Positions 36,001-49,186 of a DNA stretch of 64,000 nt are shown here, piece by piece. The stretch is from Podarcis melisellensis (taxonomy: Eukaryota). The stretch lies in the NCBI GenBank assembly GCA_964234715.1, contig OZ174279.1, one strand, 5' to 3'. The notes beneath the pieces were generated by a model. The model searched no databases. It was given only the letters and a program-made list of their open reading frames with translations, and had not been told where the DNA came from. The position numbers were made by a program, and so were the translations under genes. Numbering within the stretch: the first letter of the stretch is position 1; each line of letters begins with the position of its first letter.

Positions 36001-39000
36001 TAATTTTGGCATTCAAATTGGTCAATATTTTAACATAGATCTCTGACACTGAACTCACCAACGTATTTTGTTAGTTGCCAATTGGAATTAACTTTTTTTA
36101 AAAAAGAAATTGCAATGCTACAACTTTTGAAATGTTAAATAGAAATCTACCTTAATTTCAGCTAGCATGCTTTTTATTCTATGTTTGGTGAAGTTTGAAG
36201 ATAAGATGCAGAATGGTTCAGATACTAGCAAAATAAGGTGACAATCTTTTGAGTTACACAGAATTATTTTTTTAAGGCCTGATATTTTGTCCATTTTGAA
36301 TATCTTACCATAGTATACTTAGATTTGCACAAACTCTACTGTAATAAATGGAGAGTGCACAACAAATAGTACTTGGTGAATTATAGCCACATTTGGCCTT
36401 TCTGATGTAGCATCCTCTTCTGTGGAAATGAACAAAAGCATACCTTAACAGGTGTGGGAGCTCAAGAAACAAATTACATTACACCCGTCACCAATCCAGA
36501 CACCACCCCAAAACCTGCCATATTGGGAGCAAGTACTTAGATTATTTACATGCTCTCATTTACACCATGCACACCATAGTAGACACACAGTTACATTATT
36601 TGGTGTGTGTTGTGTTGATTTAACATGGCATTGCTTGTGCCACCTTGATTACAATATTTTTTGTGTTCTGAATTATATCAGACCATTTAGTGCACTGGTT
36701 TTTCCCATTTTGTAGTGTTGATAGATTTGTGTAGTTAAGGAACAGTTAGTTTACAGGGTTTGGGATTTTTAATTTTTTTTTTAAGAATTCGTGCAAAAAC
36801 ACACAAAGGCACAGTCATAGCTCTGTATGTATGAATAAAAAAATCTGTATGGCTCTGCATTGATGGCATCTGTTAATCATGAATACTAAATAAAAAAAAT
36901 TGGATAAATGTATGGATTTATTTAATATTGTTGTAGTGAGAAAAAGAATTTGGATTTCTTGGCATTGTCTGGGTCTCTCATTTGAGTTTGTGAGTTTACC
37001 CCAAGCTTTGTTTTCATTTAGAAATGTTTCTATTTCCCCATTTTTTTCCTTTTATTTGTCTTCTTCACCCTTTACACCCAAATTCTAGCTTCAGTTTTAC
37101 CCAAAGTTGATTTGAATTACACCAGATTACAACAAGCAGAGAAGGCTCAAATGGAGGCAGAGAGTGACGACAAGAAATTTAAGCAAGACTATATGAGTAA
37201 ATCTGAAAGTCTGCAGAAAGATATTACTCAAAAGGAAAAGCAAGTGTAAGTAAAGTATTTGTGGGGGAGAAGATAGCATATATTCTAACATGTGTGTCCC
37301 CTCCCATTTTGAATGTCATTAAAGTGGAAAGCTAAATCCAGATGAATTACAGATCAGAAGTTTTAGAGCTGCATGTGTCACCACAGAATGGCTACATGGT
37401 GCATGTTGGAAGAACAGACTAAGTAAGCTGATCGTAAATTCATCTGCCTGATCTAGTAGTTTCATAGAATGCAGAACTTCTGTGCTGGGATTCAAATACC
37501 TGTTTAGGCTCATGCAAGGTGTTTGAGCAAGCCAAGTGGACTTTATTTGAACAGCTGAACCTGTTGCCCCATTGCAATCTCCTTTTGAAATTCCCCTAAG
37601 TTTGCCATACGGCACAGGAGAATGCCCCTTTTGGGTTTGCTTTTAATATCTTGCTGCTTTGAGCTCAGGAAACTAGTTTAACTTTGGGGAAATGTTGCCC
37701 TGATATGCATACTCACAAGGGCTGTCCTATTAATATTTTTCTGCTATTGAAAACATCGTTTTGTTCACATAGCTTGCTCCAAACCAGAAATTAAAAATCC
37801 TAGAAGGTGAGGGAGTGTCTGGGCCTCATCCAGGACTGAGTGTTCTCTCATTTGGGGAGCAGTGCTCATCTACTAACTTGCCTAACAATTGGGCATTGTT
37901 AGGGCCAAACTGGGGGACGCAGGTGGCGCTGTGGGTTAAAGCCTCGGCGCCTAGGACTTGCCGATCGAAAGGTCGGCGGTTCGAATCCCTGCGGCGGGGT
38001 GCGCTCCTGCTGCTTGGTCCCAGCGCCTGCCAACCTAGCAGTTCGAAAGCACCTCCGGGTGCAAGTAGATAAATAGGGACCGCTTACCAGCGGGAAGGTA
38101 AACGCCGTTTCCGTGTGCGGCTCTGGCTCGCCAGATGCAGCTTGTCACGCTGGCCACGTGACCCAGAAGTGTCTCCGGACAGCGCTGGCCCCTGGCCTCT
38201 TAAGTGAGATGGGCGCACAACCCGAGTCTGTCAAGACTGGCCCGTACGGGCAGGGGTACCTTTACCTTTACCTTTAGGGCCAAACTGCTCAGTACATGAA
38301 ATAGGCAATTGCACTTTACATATCTGTAATACAATAGTCCTGACCTGGATTGGCCTTATGGCTATTAAAACAACAACAATGCATGAAATGCAGTTACACA
38401 TTTCACATATTATTTAGTTTGACCCTTAAGCAACCGTGTGCACTCCTCGAGGGCTAGATGCAGCTCTCCCATCACAGTACCCGTTTAAGGTAATTTGAGC
38501 TGGATTTATGTATTTATTTTATTTTTAAAATGTATATCCTGCTGTTTTTACCCAAAGCTGCTTGCAATATAATAAAATATACCACCACCTTAAAACAACA
38601 CCAGTCAGATAGTAGATAGAGATCTAGATCATAAAGAACAACAGAACCATCTTATCCTTATTCTGAAAGCATTCTGTTAAAATTCAGTTAAATGCTTTTA
38701 ACCTGGTTCCAAAGGGAGATTGGGAGGGATCAATGAATCTTGGTGAAGTTTGAATCAGATTTTAAGATAGCCTTCTTCATATCCTTCTTGTCAAATAATA
38801 GTTAATTTGCTTATTTTTTCCTATCACTTATTTTTGCAGAAGTCTTCTACACAGAATAATATAAAACATTTTAAAAGGAAATAAGTAAATCTTTATTATA
38901 ATTAACACGTGTAAAATGTTTACAGTGTTGAATTATATACATTGTACTAATTATTTCATAGTTGTGCAATTGCAGTAGGTCAATTAAACCGTATAATTGT

Positions 39001-42000
39001 TTGAATTACTTTTTTATATTCTGTATTTCTAGTGGCCAGCTGGAAACAGATTTGAAAATAGAAAGAGAATGGCGACAAACTATGGAAGAAGATCTTAAAA
39101 GGGAAAAAGAAACATCATCGTCCTTGAAGACAGAGACCCAACAAATCATTACTCTTAAAAAAGTAAATTCTGCAGCAAAATTTCATAAAATTTTGCTGAT
39201 TATGTAAGCTGTACTTTCATTGTTATCCCATGAAGCTGTATGCAAGTGCTCAGAGATCTGGAGGTTCTTTCTTCCGAGGTAGAAGTACTGTTGGTTGGTC
39301 TTAAGAGATCATTATCATTACAGGAGATAAGACATCCCATACACTCAGATTACAAGGAAGCATGGTGAACAGGAAGTGTAAATAATACTTCCTGTTTGCT
39401 CAGCTATTGCTATAGCCAAAGCCACTGTGATATACAGTGGACTAAAGAGGTTTTAAGATTGTATCAGTTGAGACTTGCATATGAAACGTATTTCGTTGAA
39501 TTCAAATCTTATTGCATCCCAAGAATGGGGAAACCAAAATTCGTTAAAGCCATTTGCTAGACATACCCATTAAAACACTTGGTATATACAGATGTACTTT
39601 TAAACAGGATTCACCATGGTGCTTTTCTCACACAGTACGAACCTAACTTCCCCTGCCTTTGCAAATCCTTTCAACAGATGTACCTATCAACAAATCAAAT
39701 GCCGATTCCAAGTGTCTGTTTTCTTCCCTGCTCCTCCCAGTCTTCAGGACAACTCTCTTGCCTCTTCCCTACTCCCTCATCAAGCACAGAATGAAAGCCT
39801 TTTAATTTAAACATTCGTCTTTGCATTCCTACCACTACATAAAACCAAGTTTTAAAAGTGTTGCAACACTGCTCCGGCAGTAGGATGAGTGAGTTTGTAA
39901 TGTTACAAACCCCAACAATCAGCACAGTGTATTCAGCCTGTTTCTGCTACAAACTGAGAGGACCGTTTCCCCCCTAATCTTGGACAAGCTTGTATGACAA
40001 TGGGAGCATGATTCCTATGTAGCTCAGCTTCCTGTATGTCAGCACCCTTAAAATAAAATAACTGTAATCCCTGTCTTTTGGCTATGGTGGTTGGAGCTGA
40101 TGGGAGCTGGGAACCCAACAACAACTAAAATGTCACAGGCTGCCCATCCCTGATGTAATTAATTCCAGTTTTTAAAGCCAGCCCAAATAGAAATGTTTTA
40201 CAACTCTTCAGAGAAGCTATTGACAGTGTTAATGTTTTCTTTGTCTTTCAGGAGTTCCTAAAATTACAAGAAAAGAACAAGCAGTTGAAAAATCTATGCC
40301 ATGATCAAGAAGAAGCTCTCCAAGAACTGGCTGGCAAACTTAGCGAGTAATTAGTATTTTTCTTTTCTTGCACACAACTAATGAAAACAAAGACTGGTTC
40401 TTGTGCATACGTTTCACCTTAAACTTCCTCCAGCCCAGCTACTTAAGGCTTTAAAATTATTTAAGTACTTTAAGTCTTGTAGCGGCTTCAACCCTACAAA
40501 GCATTTTAAATCTCAGCTAGCAGAATCCAGTGGCTCCTTTGCCTTGGTCAGTTGCCTGAGAAGAGAAGGCTAACACTTAGAATTGTAGAGTTGGAAGGGA
40601 CCCTGAGGATCATCAAGTCCAACCCCCTGCAGTGCAACCTTGGCATTACCAGCACCATGCTCTAACCAACTGAGCTATCATGCCTAACAAATACAGTAAT
40701 ACCTCCACGAACGTCGAACGTCCATTTCGGCAAATGTCCATGGTAAACCCGGAAGTACCGGAAAGGGTTACTTCTGGGTTTGCCGCATGTGCAGAAGCGC
40801 AAACCGCTCCGCACACATGCACAGAGCAGTGCTTTGTTGAGTGTCCCTTTCGTTAAGCATCTGGGGCTCCAGAACGGAACCCAGACTCAAAACAAGGTAC
40901 CACTGTATAACCATTTGGCTGATGTACTTCCTGTGCTTTTCATATAGATTAGTGCTGGAGCAAGTCAGGGTTGGGAAACCTGTGGCCCTCCATATGTACC
41001 ACAACTTACATCATTCCTGACCATTGGCCATATTGGCTGGGGCGTGATGGGAGTTGGAAGTCCAAAAACATCTGGAGGATTACAAATTGCTCAATCCCAG
41101 TGTAGGTTTTCTCCACTTGTAAGGATATTCTGTTTCATCAGTGTTTTGTAAACAAGCCTTTGTTTCACATTGCTGCCAGATTACGACTTTACCAATGGCT
41201 AAGCCACCAAACAAAACCTTTCTTGCCAGTTAACAGAAGTTCTTACCATCCAGCAAAGGCTTTGACCTTCATTAGCAAGTAAGTGCCAAGATTTCTTACA
41301 GAGAGGATTTCTTTGCATCTCGGAAAAGCCACTGAAGAACAGCAGCTCTAGACTCTTTCAGGGAGATAAAACCAAAGCCAATTGCTGTAAAGGCTCTGCT
41401 TCTCAATGGAAGTATCCTCTCTTTCTCATCTACAAATCATAAACAGATGCAGGGCTTATATGGGATTGTGTTTTTCATTACCCAGCACGGGTATAGATCC
41501 CACATGAGTCCTGTGTCTGGATAGGGGTATGTGAAATGAACATGACTTACTTTTCTAGTAACGATGGATTTCAATTCCAGAAATGTTTTTTGAGGTCCAG
41601 GTGTGAAAATTGGGAACCAATGAAACATAAGTTGTCTTGTAAATGAAGGCCATCTGTAAGTTTTTCCTATCCTCTTGAGCACATCTTCCTTACAGGGAGG
41701 TGCATGGAGGGAGAAGTGAAGGAAGTTGGGGAGAAAGGCAAGGTGTTTGTGTTGAAAGAGTATATGTCTACAGATACATGTTGGGTTGAAGGAAGTGTGG
41801 ACTTCTACACACTTCCTTCAATCCAGTCATGTTTATCCCCCCTGAAAAACAGGTGCATTTAATTATTCACACTATTATTCACATATCTTCTCTTTAGATC
41901 AAAGCTTAAAATAGAAGATATAAAAGAAGCAAATAAAACATTGCAGGTTAGTAATTTGGAAGGTGGGGAGGGGCATCCAGACTAATTCTTCTATTCATTT

Positions 42001-44203
42001 CAGACATTCTGTATTATATACTTCACTCCAGTCTATAAGCTAACGGGTAGTTAACCTTTCAAATTATAGTGTAAATTTTAACCATTAACCATTAAGTGTT
42101 TATTGTTTCACTGGGCCTGTCTATTCTGTCGGTGTGCTTCATTTCCTAGCTGTAAATTTTTGTGGTTTTAATCAGTAAATTAGAATGTAACTCTACATCA
42201 TTCCACATACATCATGTATCAACAAAATACATGTCAGTGTTTAATAGTCTAAGTCAGGCATTTTCAACTTTTTCAGACCCAGGACCCTGTTCTAACTCAA
42301 ACATGCATTTGGGGACCCATTTCTTAATCTGGTGGTAGTGCGCCTGTTGTGACCCAGCTTGGATCAGGCTGTGACCCTGATCAGTTGAAGACCAGTGGTC
42401 TAAGTGGAGTCCACTCTCTATTTTATTTTCTCATATCAGTATCAGCTATTGAATCTGAAAGATGGGCTTAATTTGAGACCATAAGAATTATAAAGTTACA
42501 GACTTCCTCTTTTCTTCTCAGTAACCCACAGCCTTAGACTCTCACATATTTTGGAAAGCCACAAGCCAATAGTCAGACTCACTTTCAGCCTCTAGCAGTC
42601 AGTATTTTCACTTTCACCACTACTAACAAAGAGTATCAAGACTGAAGCAATCTCTTGATAAAGGCTCTGTGTCCTAGCAGAACTACTGGTGGATCATTCA
42701 CTGGTTCAACAGGTACAGTGCCTCAAGGTCACCTGCCAGAATTTATCCACCATAGATTACACCTACCGTTTACAACAAATTTCCTGTATTATGCTGACAT
42801 CTCCAGGCTTGGGGACACCCCCCCTTTTATGGTCAAGGTGTGCTCTGTAAGATGACTTTTAGTGATTTTCAATTTTAAGAGACAGGAAGAATCACAAAAT
42901 CTTTCAAGAATATTGTAGGGAGGCTCCCAAATTCTAGTTTTCTTCTGTTCTAACGCTAGCTTAGTTTGTGATCTTGATAATCACTTGTGCTTAATTCTCT
43001 GCATGGCTATGATGCTGTACCCATTAACCTGAAAATAGTAGGACTTATTTCTGAGTAGTCATGTGTAGGATTGCACTGTTAGGAGTGGTAGGTTTCAAAC
43101 TCTGTCCTTTGGGGTTCCACAGCAGGATCTACAAGGGCAGACAAGTTGCCTGAAAGACAGCTTATCCACCCATACCCATCTTTCCATACAGTGTGCATCT
43201 ACATTTCATGTTCTGTGGTATCCTGCTCAGTGCCTTAAACTGTGTGTCCTACTGTGCTCCTTAGGATCCTCTCTAATGTGCAGGGCGTTGGCCACAGATG
43301 CATTGATGTGAAAGATTTCTTGATGGTAGGCTGGGTAAGGAGTTGGAACTAAGATGAGTTGTCTCTTGTACTATCCTGAGGAATGTTGTCCTTTTGTATA
43401 CCTGAATGGCAACTGTCATTTATGATTAGATAAATTGTATGTATGGTACCTGTTCTATTCAGAGAACATTTTTTCTCCCCACTAGGGACAGGTCTGGCTA
43501 AAGGACAAAGAAGCTACACACTGCAAATTATGTGAAAAGGAGTTTTCGCTTTCCAGAAGGAAGGTGAGAATGCAAGCTTCATTGGCTTTCATCCACTAAC
43601 AAGTTCTGTATCAAAGTTCTGTTATTTACCAATACTTAATCACATTTTTATTTATGCATGTGCACTAAACCTCATCAATCACTATCAGTTAAAAAAACAA
43701 AACATTACTATTTTCATAGTTAACCCCACAGATCATTTGGTTCAAACTAAATCTTTTTTTGTTTTGTTACAAATATTGCAACAAATAGCACAAACTCTGA
43801 CCCAATAATAGAATGTTCAGGTAACCATTAAACTTGCTTATTTTCCATTCATAATGAACAAGTCACCAGCTGACATGATCCCTCCTCACATAAAATGTGA
43901 AATTTAGCTTCTAGGGGCTGTGGGGGAGAGGGAGAAATAAGTATATAGATGTATGTAAATGTTTAATTGTAGCTGATTACCCTCTATTTACTTCATAAAC
44001 TGTTGATTTCAAAATCTCCTTTGGGTTTCTTTTCCCCACCCCTACCCATCTTGATTTAGCATCACTGTAGAAACTGTGGCGAAATTTTCTGTAATGCCTG
44101 CTCTGACAACGAACTGCCTTTGCCATCTTCGCCAAAGCCTGTAAGGGTTTGTGATTCCTGCCATGCACTGCTCATACAGAGGTGTTCTTCCAGTGTGCCA
44201 TAA
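23675..44203 (+). CDS. RUFY2: RUN and FYVE domain-containing protein 2 (18 coding exons, 1821 nt, 606 aa)
   Basis: Exons: 23675-23678, 25704-25877, 26721-26838, 26935-27036, 27626-27749, 28470-28531, 29658-29723, 30876-30945, 31076-31177, 32219-32335, 32472-32639, 33515-33612, 37126-37245, 39033-39162, 40252-40346, 41898-41946, 43486-43563, 44060-44203 (TAA). All introns GT-AG and in phase. Protein starts [11 protein letters not shown]; RUN domain ([23 protein letters not shown]), coiled coils, FYVE domain (WLKD, RRKHHCRNCG, RVCDSC). Confidence 0.97.
26022..26218. mobile_element. Tigger-like MITE
   Basis: TIRs CAGTGGTACCTCGGTTTA / TAAACTGAGGTACCACTG with TA flanks. Confidence 0.85.
29393..29608. 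mobile_element. GC-rich interspersed repeat, probably a hAT-type MITE remnant
   Basis: Abrupt GC-rich island inside an AT-rich intron, with the internal palindrome TGTCACCCCCCTCAGTGGTGACA and a CCCCTG end. Confidence 0.4.
35786..35894 (+). CDS. RUFY2: RUFY2 alternative terminal exon (short isoform without FYVE)
   Basis: Acceptor AG at 35784-35785, phase-compatible with exon 12. Encodes (S)[35 protein letters not shown], which resembles the C-terminus I recall for the short mammalian RUFY2 isoform. AATAAA at 36834-36839. Confidence 0.8.
37913..38273 (+). mobile_element. Sauria SINE, full length and young, with a 14-bp target-site duplication
   Basis: GGGGACGCAGGTGGCGCTGTGGGTTAAA head, B-box GGTTCGAATCC and (ACCTTT)n tail. 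TSD TTAGGGCCAAACTG at 37899-37912 and 38274-38287. Confidence 0.95.
40577..40679 (-). mobile_element. tRNA-Ile-derived SINE with a CR1-type tail (internally deleted)
   Basis: Reverse complement: GATAGCTCAGTTGGTTAGAGCATGGTGCTGGTAATGCCAAGGTTGCA (5' two-thirds of tRNA-Ile) joined to CTGCAGGGGGTTGGACTTGATGATCCTCAGGGTCCCTTCCAACTCTAC. Confidence 0.8.
40694..40905. mobile_element. Tigger-like MITE
   Basis: CAGTAATACCT...GGTACCACTG ends with TA flanks; interior related to 47789-48042. Confidence 0.75.
40965..41100. mobile_element. Short hAT-like MITE
   Basis: CAGGGTTGGGAAACCTGTGGCCCTCCA...TGATGGGAGTTGGAAGTCC..CATCTGGAGG. Related decayed copies near 12930-13050, 40060-40152 and 47370-47465. Confidence 0.55.
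42255..42397. mobile_element. hAT MITE with an 8-bp TSD
   Basis: TSD GTCTAAGT at 42247-42254 and 42398-42405; imperfect TIRs CAGGCATTTTCAAC / GTTGAAGACCAGTG. Confidence 0.85.
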
Positions 44204-47200
44204 GAGTCATCTACAGAAGATTTCTAAAATGTTGTTACTTCACTACAGTGGTAAGAGCTGTAACATTACAGTATAAACTCCTGCAGCGCTGGCCAATGCT
44301 TTTGTATTGTCAAAATCTAAACAGCCAATCTTAAATCTTTGTGCCATTGTGATATTCCTGCAGTGGCAGCATGTCATATTATGCGAGGTTCTGCTAATGC
44401 AGCAACTGATATGCCTGATTTTATAAATGCATCTGCTTGTGCAACACACTTTATTGTTCATCGTAAAAGGATATAGGCAGAATGTTTTGTATTCCCAGCA
44501 TTTGCCATTTTATCATGCAGATGGACCATTCCAGGACCAAGTGCAGAGTTTTGCAGTTTCAGATTATTTTTAAAAGGTTCTTAGTTTGGGAACAGGTTGG
44601 CAGGGGACACTGTAGCTTAGAAGTCAAAGGAGCTGGACAGGGCTTTTAAAGGTTGAGCTGAGGTTCAGCATCTTCTGCAGCTTTGTATGTTTCATGGCCC
44701 TCCCCACAAAAGCCATTTAAATGCAGAATTGGGAAGATTACATATAAGTAAATGCAGCTACTTCATATATTTCTGGTGACATAAATTTGCTTTCTTAGAC
44801 ATTATCCCTAGATGTAAGATTAAGTTTCCAGCCTTGTTAGTGCAGCAGTTTCAATATGCATGTGGTAGCTTAGCTAGAAGAATGAGAAGGCAAGCAGGTT
44901 TTTTTTGCATCACTGGACTTCCTGAAAGAACTTTGTCAGGCAGGTCTTTAAGTACCTGACTTGCATATTGTGCACAGGGCTTTTGAAGAGGAACTAGCAG
45001 AAGGCAGGCCAGGTGTGGAATGGAAAGAATATCCTGAAGGGGATCATGGAATGTGTGTAGTGCTTTCATCATAACCTCTGTTTTGAGGTTTAGGTGTGAT
45101 AAAACTTGTTAGGGATTTCAGAAAGAAGTTCTTTAGTTATCCCCATGGAATGCTGTAGAACAGCAGTTATAAAATGTATTAAATAAATACTGTGTGGAAG
45201 AGTAGTTAAAGGATACTGGCCAGCTTGATACTTGCTTTTTTCTTTACTTTGTCAGAAATAAGATCTTTTTTTAACTAAATGGCCTGAAAAATAATACAAA
45301 TCAGCAAAGTTAAGAGTTCTCTATATATTTCTACCAGACTGCCTGAAGTTGGGGCGTGAGGAAATGATATATACAGAAAAATTTGGGTAATTAAGAGATT
45401 TGTATTGCTGAAGTTCAGTTGATAACACATTAGATGATTTTCTAAAAGGTATAAAACTTAAAGCAGAATTAAGAATACCTACACAATAAAAAATGCTTTA
45501 AGTACTCCTTTTAAAAACAAGTCTAGCTGAACATGTTACTGTAATGTGTGACTGTACTTAGTAAGTTCACATGCACACAGAAACTTAAAGGAGGCTTTTC
45601 ATACAACAAGGTAGAATTTGTACTTTGAAGGGCATATTGTATACTTATGCCTAATTACTAATTCTGTTTACAAGCAAACCACCTATTCTCATTAACCTTT
45701 GAGACAGGAAATGACTTGTTAGACTAACAAGCATAGCAAACCTGTGTGCTAAATGTAATAAAACACATCAATACAAGCCCTGGATGGGATTATTTGTGCC
45801 ATTTGATTTGATATGTACATCTGGAATAGAGGGAAAACATTAAATTCACCCTTTGTTTGAGATTTTTCTTTCATCTTCAAGATAGACCCCTGCACAAAAC
45901 GAAGCCTAAAGAGGAAATGGTGGTGGCAGTGACAACAAGCAGCCTTGTTGAGCTGCAAAGGGGTGATTTTTGTGTCTACAGCACTTGAGTACCACAAATT
46001 TAAGATCATCAGGAGGCCTTTACTTGCTTTAACCTGGGAAGAGGTATCCCGTCAGGAAAATACTTGTTCATCTTCTTTCTTTGGAACGGCTTCTGTATCT
46101 TCAGCAGTATATAGGGAAATTCAGCAGCTGAAACTGTACCTTCTGCTGTCAATTTCACCATGAAGGTTTACTGTGTATGCTGAATTTTTGTATGCCATAT
46201 AAGAGTTGTTAACATACAGGATTCCTATGCAGCCTGTTTAGTCCTATACTAGTGGTATTCCTCAAAGTTGACCCTAAACCTACTCCTGATTCCCATCAGG
46301 TACAGAAAGCACAATAAAAGAACCACAATACTACAAAGTTCTGATTACTAGCCACTTACTCAAACTGCTGTTAGCCTGGAATATATTTAACATGTTCAGT
46401 TCAAAAGGGCAACTTTTCCATCAGCCTTCTAGCTAACCTGTTTCAGAGATGAAACCTATGGCCATTTGATAGGATTCTGAGAAATATGTTGTGCCTAATC
46501 CCAAAGTTTTATTAATTTCCAAACTATTTTATAGTATTTCAAGACTGGAACGCATCCACAAAAAAGGTAGGCAAGAAATGCCCTGTGTTTTTTATACTAG
46601 AAAGTTGTTCTATTTGACAGAAATTCCTTTTCTTCCAGTGTTTGTCCATATTTACCAAATGGTAAATTAAAAATACACTAACAGTGCCGAACTGACACAT
46701 TTTAGTGCTTAGCATTAGTACCATAAATTAAAGATAATCAAATAGCCTTTTCTTGCTTTAACCTTAGAACTATTTCTTCCACACAAAAAAACCCATAGAT
46801 TTTAGTGGCATTGAGAATCCATTTTCAAACTCACAGCACCCACCATAAGTTACTTTTCCATTCCAATTAGCACTAGTGTGGCAGATGTGAAGTACTGACT
46901 ACTTGCTGGGATCTTAATGGACAGGTTTTTTTAACGTCTTAATAACCTGCTCATCCTCAGTTTTTGTCATGATGTTTGGGTCAAAGAGGCTATGAGACTA
47001 ACTCACCCTGGTAGAAACAGAGATGAGATTAGACTTGCCTTTTTTCAACAAAATTTCTATCATTCCTGCCACTAGAGATTTAGCTATTTCAGAACAAGCT
47101 TTCAATATCAATGGTGCATGTGTGCCAAGAATTTATTGACTAGTACAGCTTTTGTAAGTTTTAACATGAAATTTTTGTAACTTTAAATACGAATGTTTGT

Positions 47201-47245
47201 AATCTTGTGGTTTGGACAAATTAAATATTTGAGAAATTTTCAGCA
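44204..47245 (+). terminator. RUFY2 3' UTR with several candidate polyadenylation signals
   Basis: AATAAA near 45182, 45485 and 46314; ATTAAA at 47220-47225 after a UUUGUA-rich tract. The true end is uncertain. Confidence 0.5.
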
Positions 47246-47788
47246 GGCCTTGGAATGAATACGGAGTTCATTTATTTATCTTGTGTGTAACTACTGTTAC
47301 TCTGAGGCAGCTAGTATACCTAGAATAATTGTCAATTAATCATAAGGACCTATGTATACATTTGCATTAATCACTGGCCCTGTTGGCTACGGCTGATGGT
47401 ATTTGGGAGTCCACAAACTTCTGGAAGGCCACAGATTTTACTGAACTACCAAAGGTTCCCCGCAGCTGATTTAGGGTGAACATCTATACTGAGAAAAAGT
47501 CCTGGCTCTGACACAACATTTAATCATTTTGATTGAACTAGTTAACAGTTCTCTTTCCCACCCCACTTTTGTTTAACCGTTGCTTGTTATTAACCCATCT
47601 CCTTTTAATGCAACAGCCTCTCCACATCTAATTCATGCTTCTGCAAAGCACTGCTCCAGCATAGCAATAGCATAGACTGCAGTAGCAGAGCAAACTTGGT
47701 AAAAAAACAACACTTTGAATGTTTTAAAGTGAACGTCTTGAGTTTTTGAGATGTGTCAAAACCTAAAAAGCTTCCTGTGTTGCCTTTA

Positions 47789-48042
47789 CAGTCATACCTC
47801 GGGTTGAATGTGCTTCAGGATGAGCGCGTTCAAGTTGCGCTCCGCGGCAACCCGGAAGTAACAGAGCGCATTACTTCCAGGTTTCACTGCTTGCGCATGT
47901 GCAGACGCTCAATGACGTCACGCACATGGGCAGAAGCAGCGAAGAGCTACGCGCGCTCAGACATGCTGTCGCTAGTTACGTTTGCTTCTAGATGCGAATG
48001 GGGCTCCGGAACGGATCCCATTCGCATCTAGAGGTACCACTG
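47789..48042. mobile_element. Tigger-like MITE between the convergent RUFY2 and HNRNPH3 3' ends
   Basis: CAGTCATACCTC...GAGGTACCACTG with TA flanks; interior retains CpGs. Confidence 0.85.
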
Positions 48043-48149
48043 TACAAGCAAAGCTGTGAAAATTAGCCTTTGAAATACATCATCTTGCTCCTTAGTTTAT
48101 ATACATCTCAGATAAATTGACACAACACACACTTCCTAGAATGGAGTCT

Positions 48150-49186
48150 ATTTTGCTATCTCCCACAATAAGACATTTATTACATACATAACATTACTAT
48201 CAAAAACAGGCAACAAACTTTCAATAATCACATTTGACAAATTATTGGGAAGAATTTGGAGAACAAGCAGTTGAAATGAAGAAAACTTGAATATTTAGTA
48301 CCCTTTCCTGATACACAGAGAATGCTTTAAAGTGTCTTAACAGTAATTAATCCAAAAATCTTACATGTTAATGCACAGTAAGAGGACTACATATTTGTGT
48401 AATCTCATAATTTGCCAAGGTCTCTATGTCTGACTGCTGGGCAAGTTTCTTAGTCCTTAAACAGGAGCCTTCAGCCAGAGGAGTAGCCTTTTAAGATTTC
48501 TAGGAAATTAAATAGTTGCCTACTTCTCTATGGATGTTACTAAAATAATACTCTCTTGTTCACTCATCAAAAAATGTGATTGCCAAGGAGAGGAGTATAA
48601 AGACTAATATACTTTAAGGGTGAGATTTGTGACATGCATACATCAACTGGGTTTTTATATAGCAGTTGTGCATTAGGTCATTCCTGAACTCATGGCCTTC
48701 ATGCCCAGCACAGTCTTGGGACATTCTGGTAAGGGAAGTCTTCACTGACAAGGGGATTGTATCAGATTAATTAAAAGTTACCCTATGCTTTCATTTCAAA
48801 TCTCAACAAATGTACTAGTACCAGTTTGATGGTGGTTTTATTTTACATCAATAAGAGAACCTACAGCATAACTGCTTTAATGAACCAAGTATCTTAAATG
48901 AACAGTTTTGGAATATGGAACATACCTTTAGGAGCAGCTAGTATAAAAAGTATCAACATCAGTGGTTTGAATATAAAAAATTTATTTAAAGTCAGAGTAT
49001 GCAACAAATAAAACCTACAGAACACAGATTTCCCCATCACAATCTGTTGCTTACCAAATAATGGGAAAACACATTCCTTCAGTCATTATAAAGTTTTCAA
49101 TACAAAAGAAATTAAGTTTTGTAAGAAAGTCTAGTAGACCAGGTACTGTTTCCTTCCAATATGCTTCACAGACACAATGCCACTCT
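48150..49186 (-). terminator. HNRNPH3 3' UTR with two polyadenylation signals
   Basis: Minus-strand AATAAA (TTTATT on +) at 48981-48986 (proximal) and 48176-48181 (distal). Confidence 0.65.

Noticed and set aside
40630-40679. tRNA-Ile gene on the minus strand
   Set aside because: T-arm and 3' stem are missing; fused to a CR1 tail.
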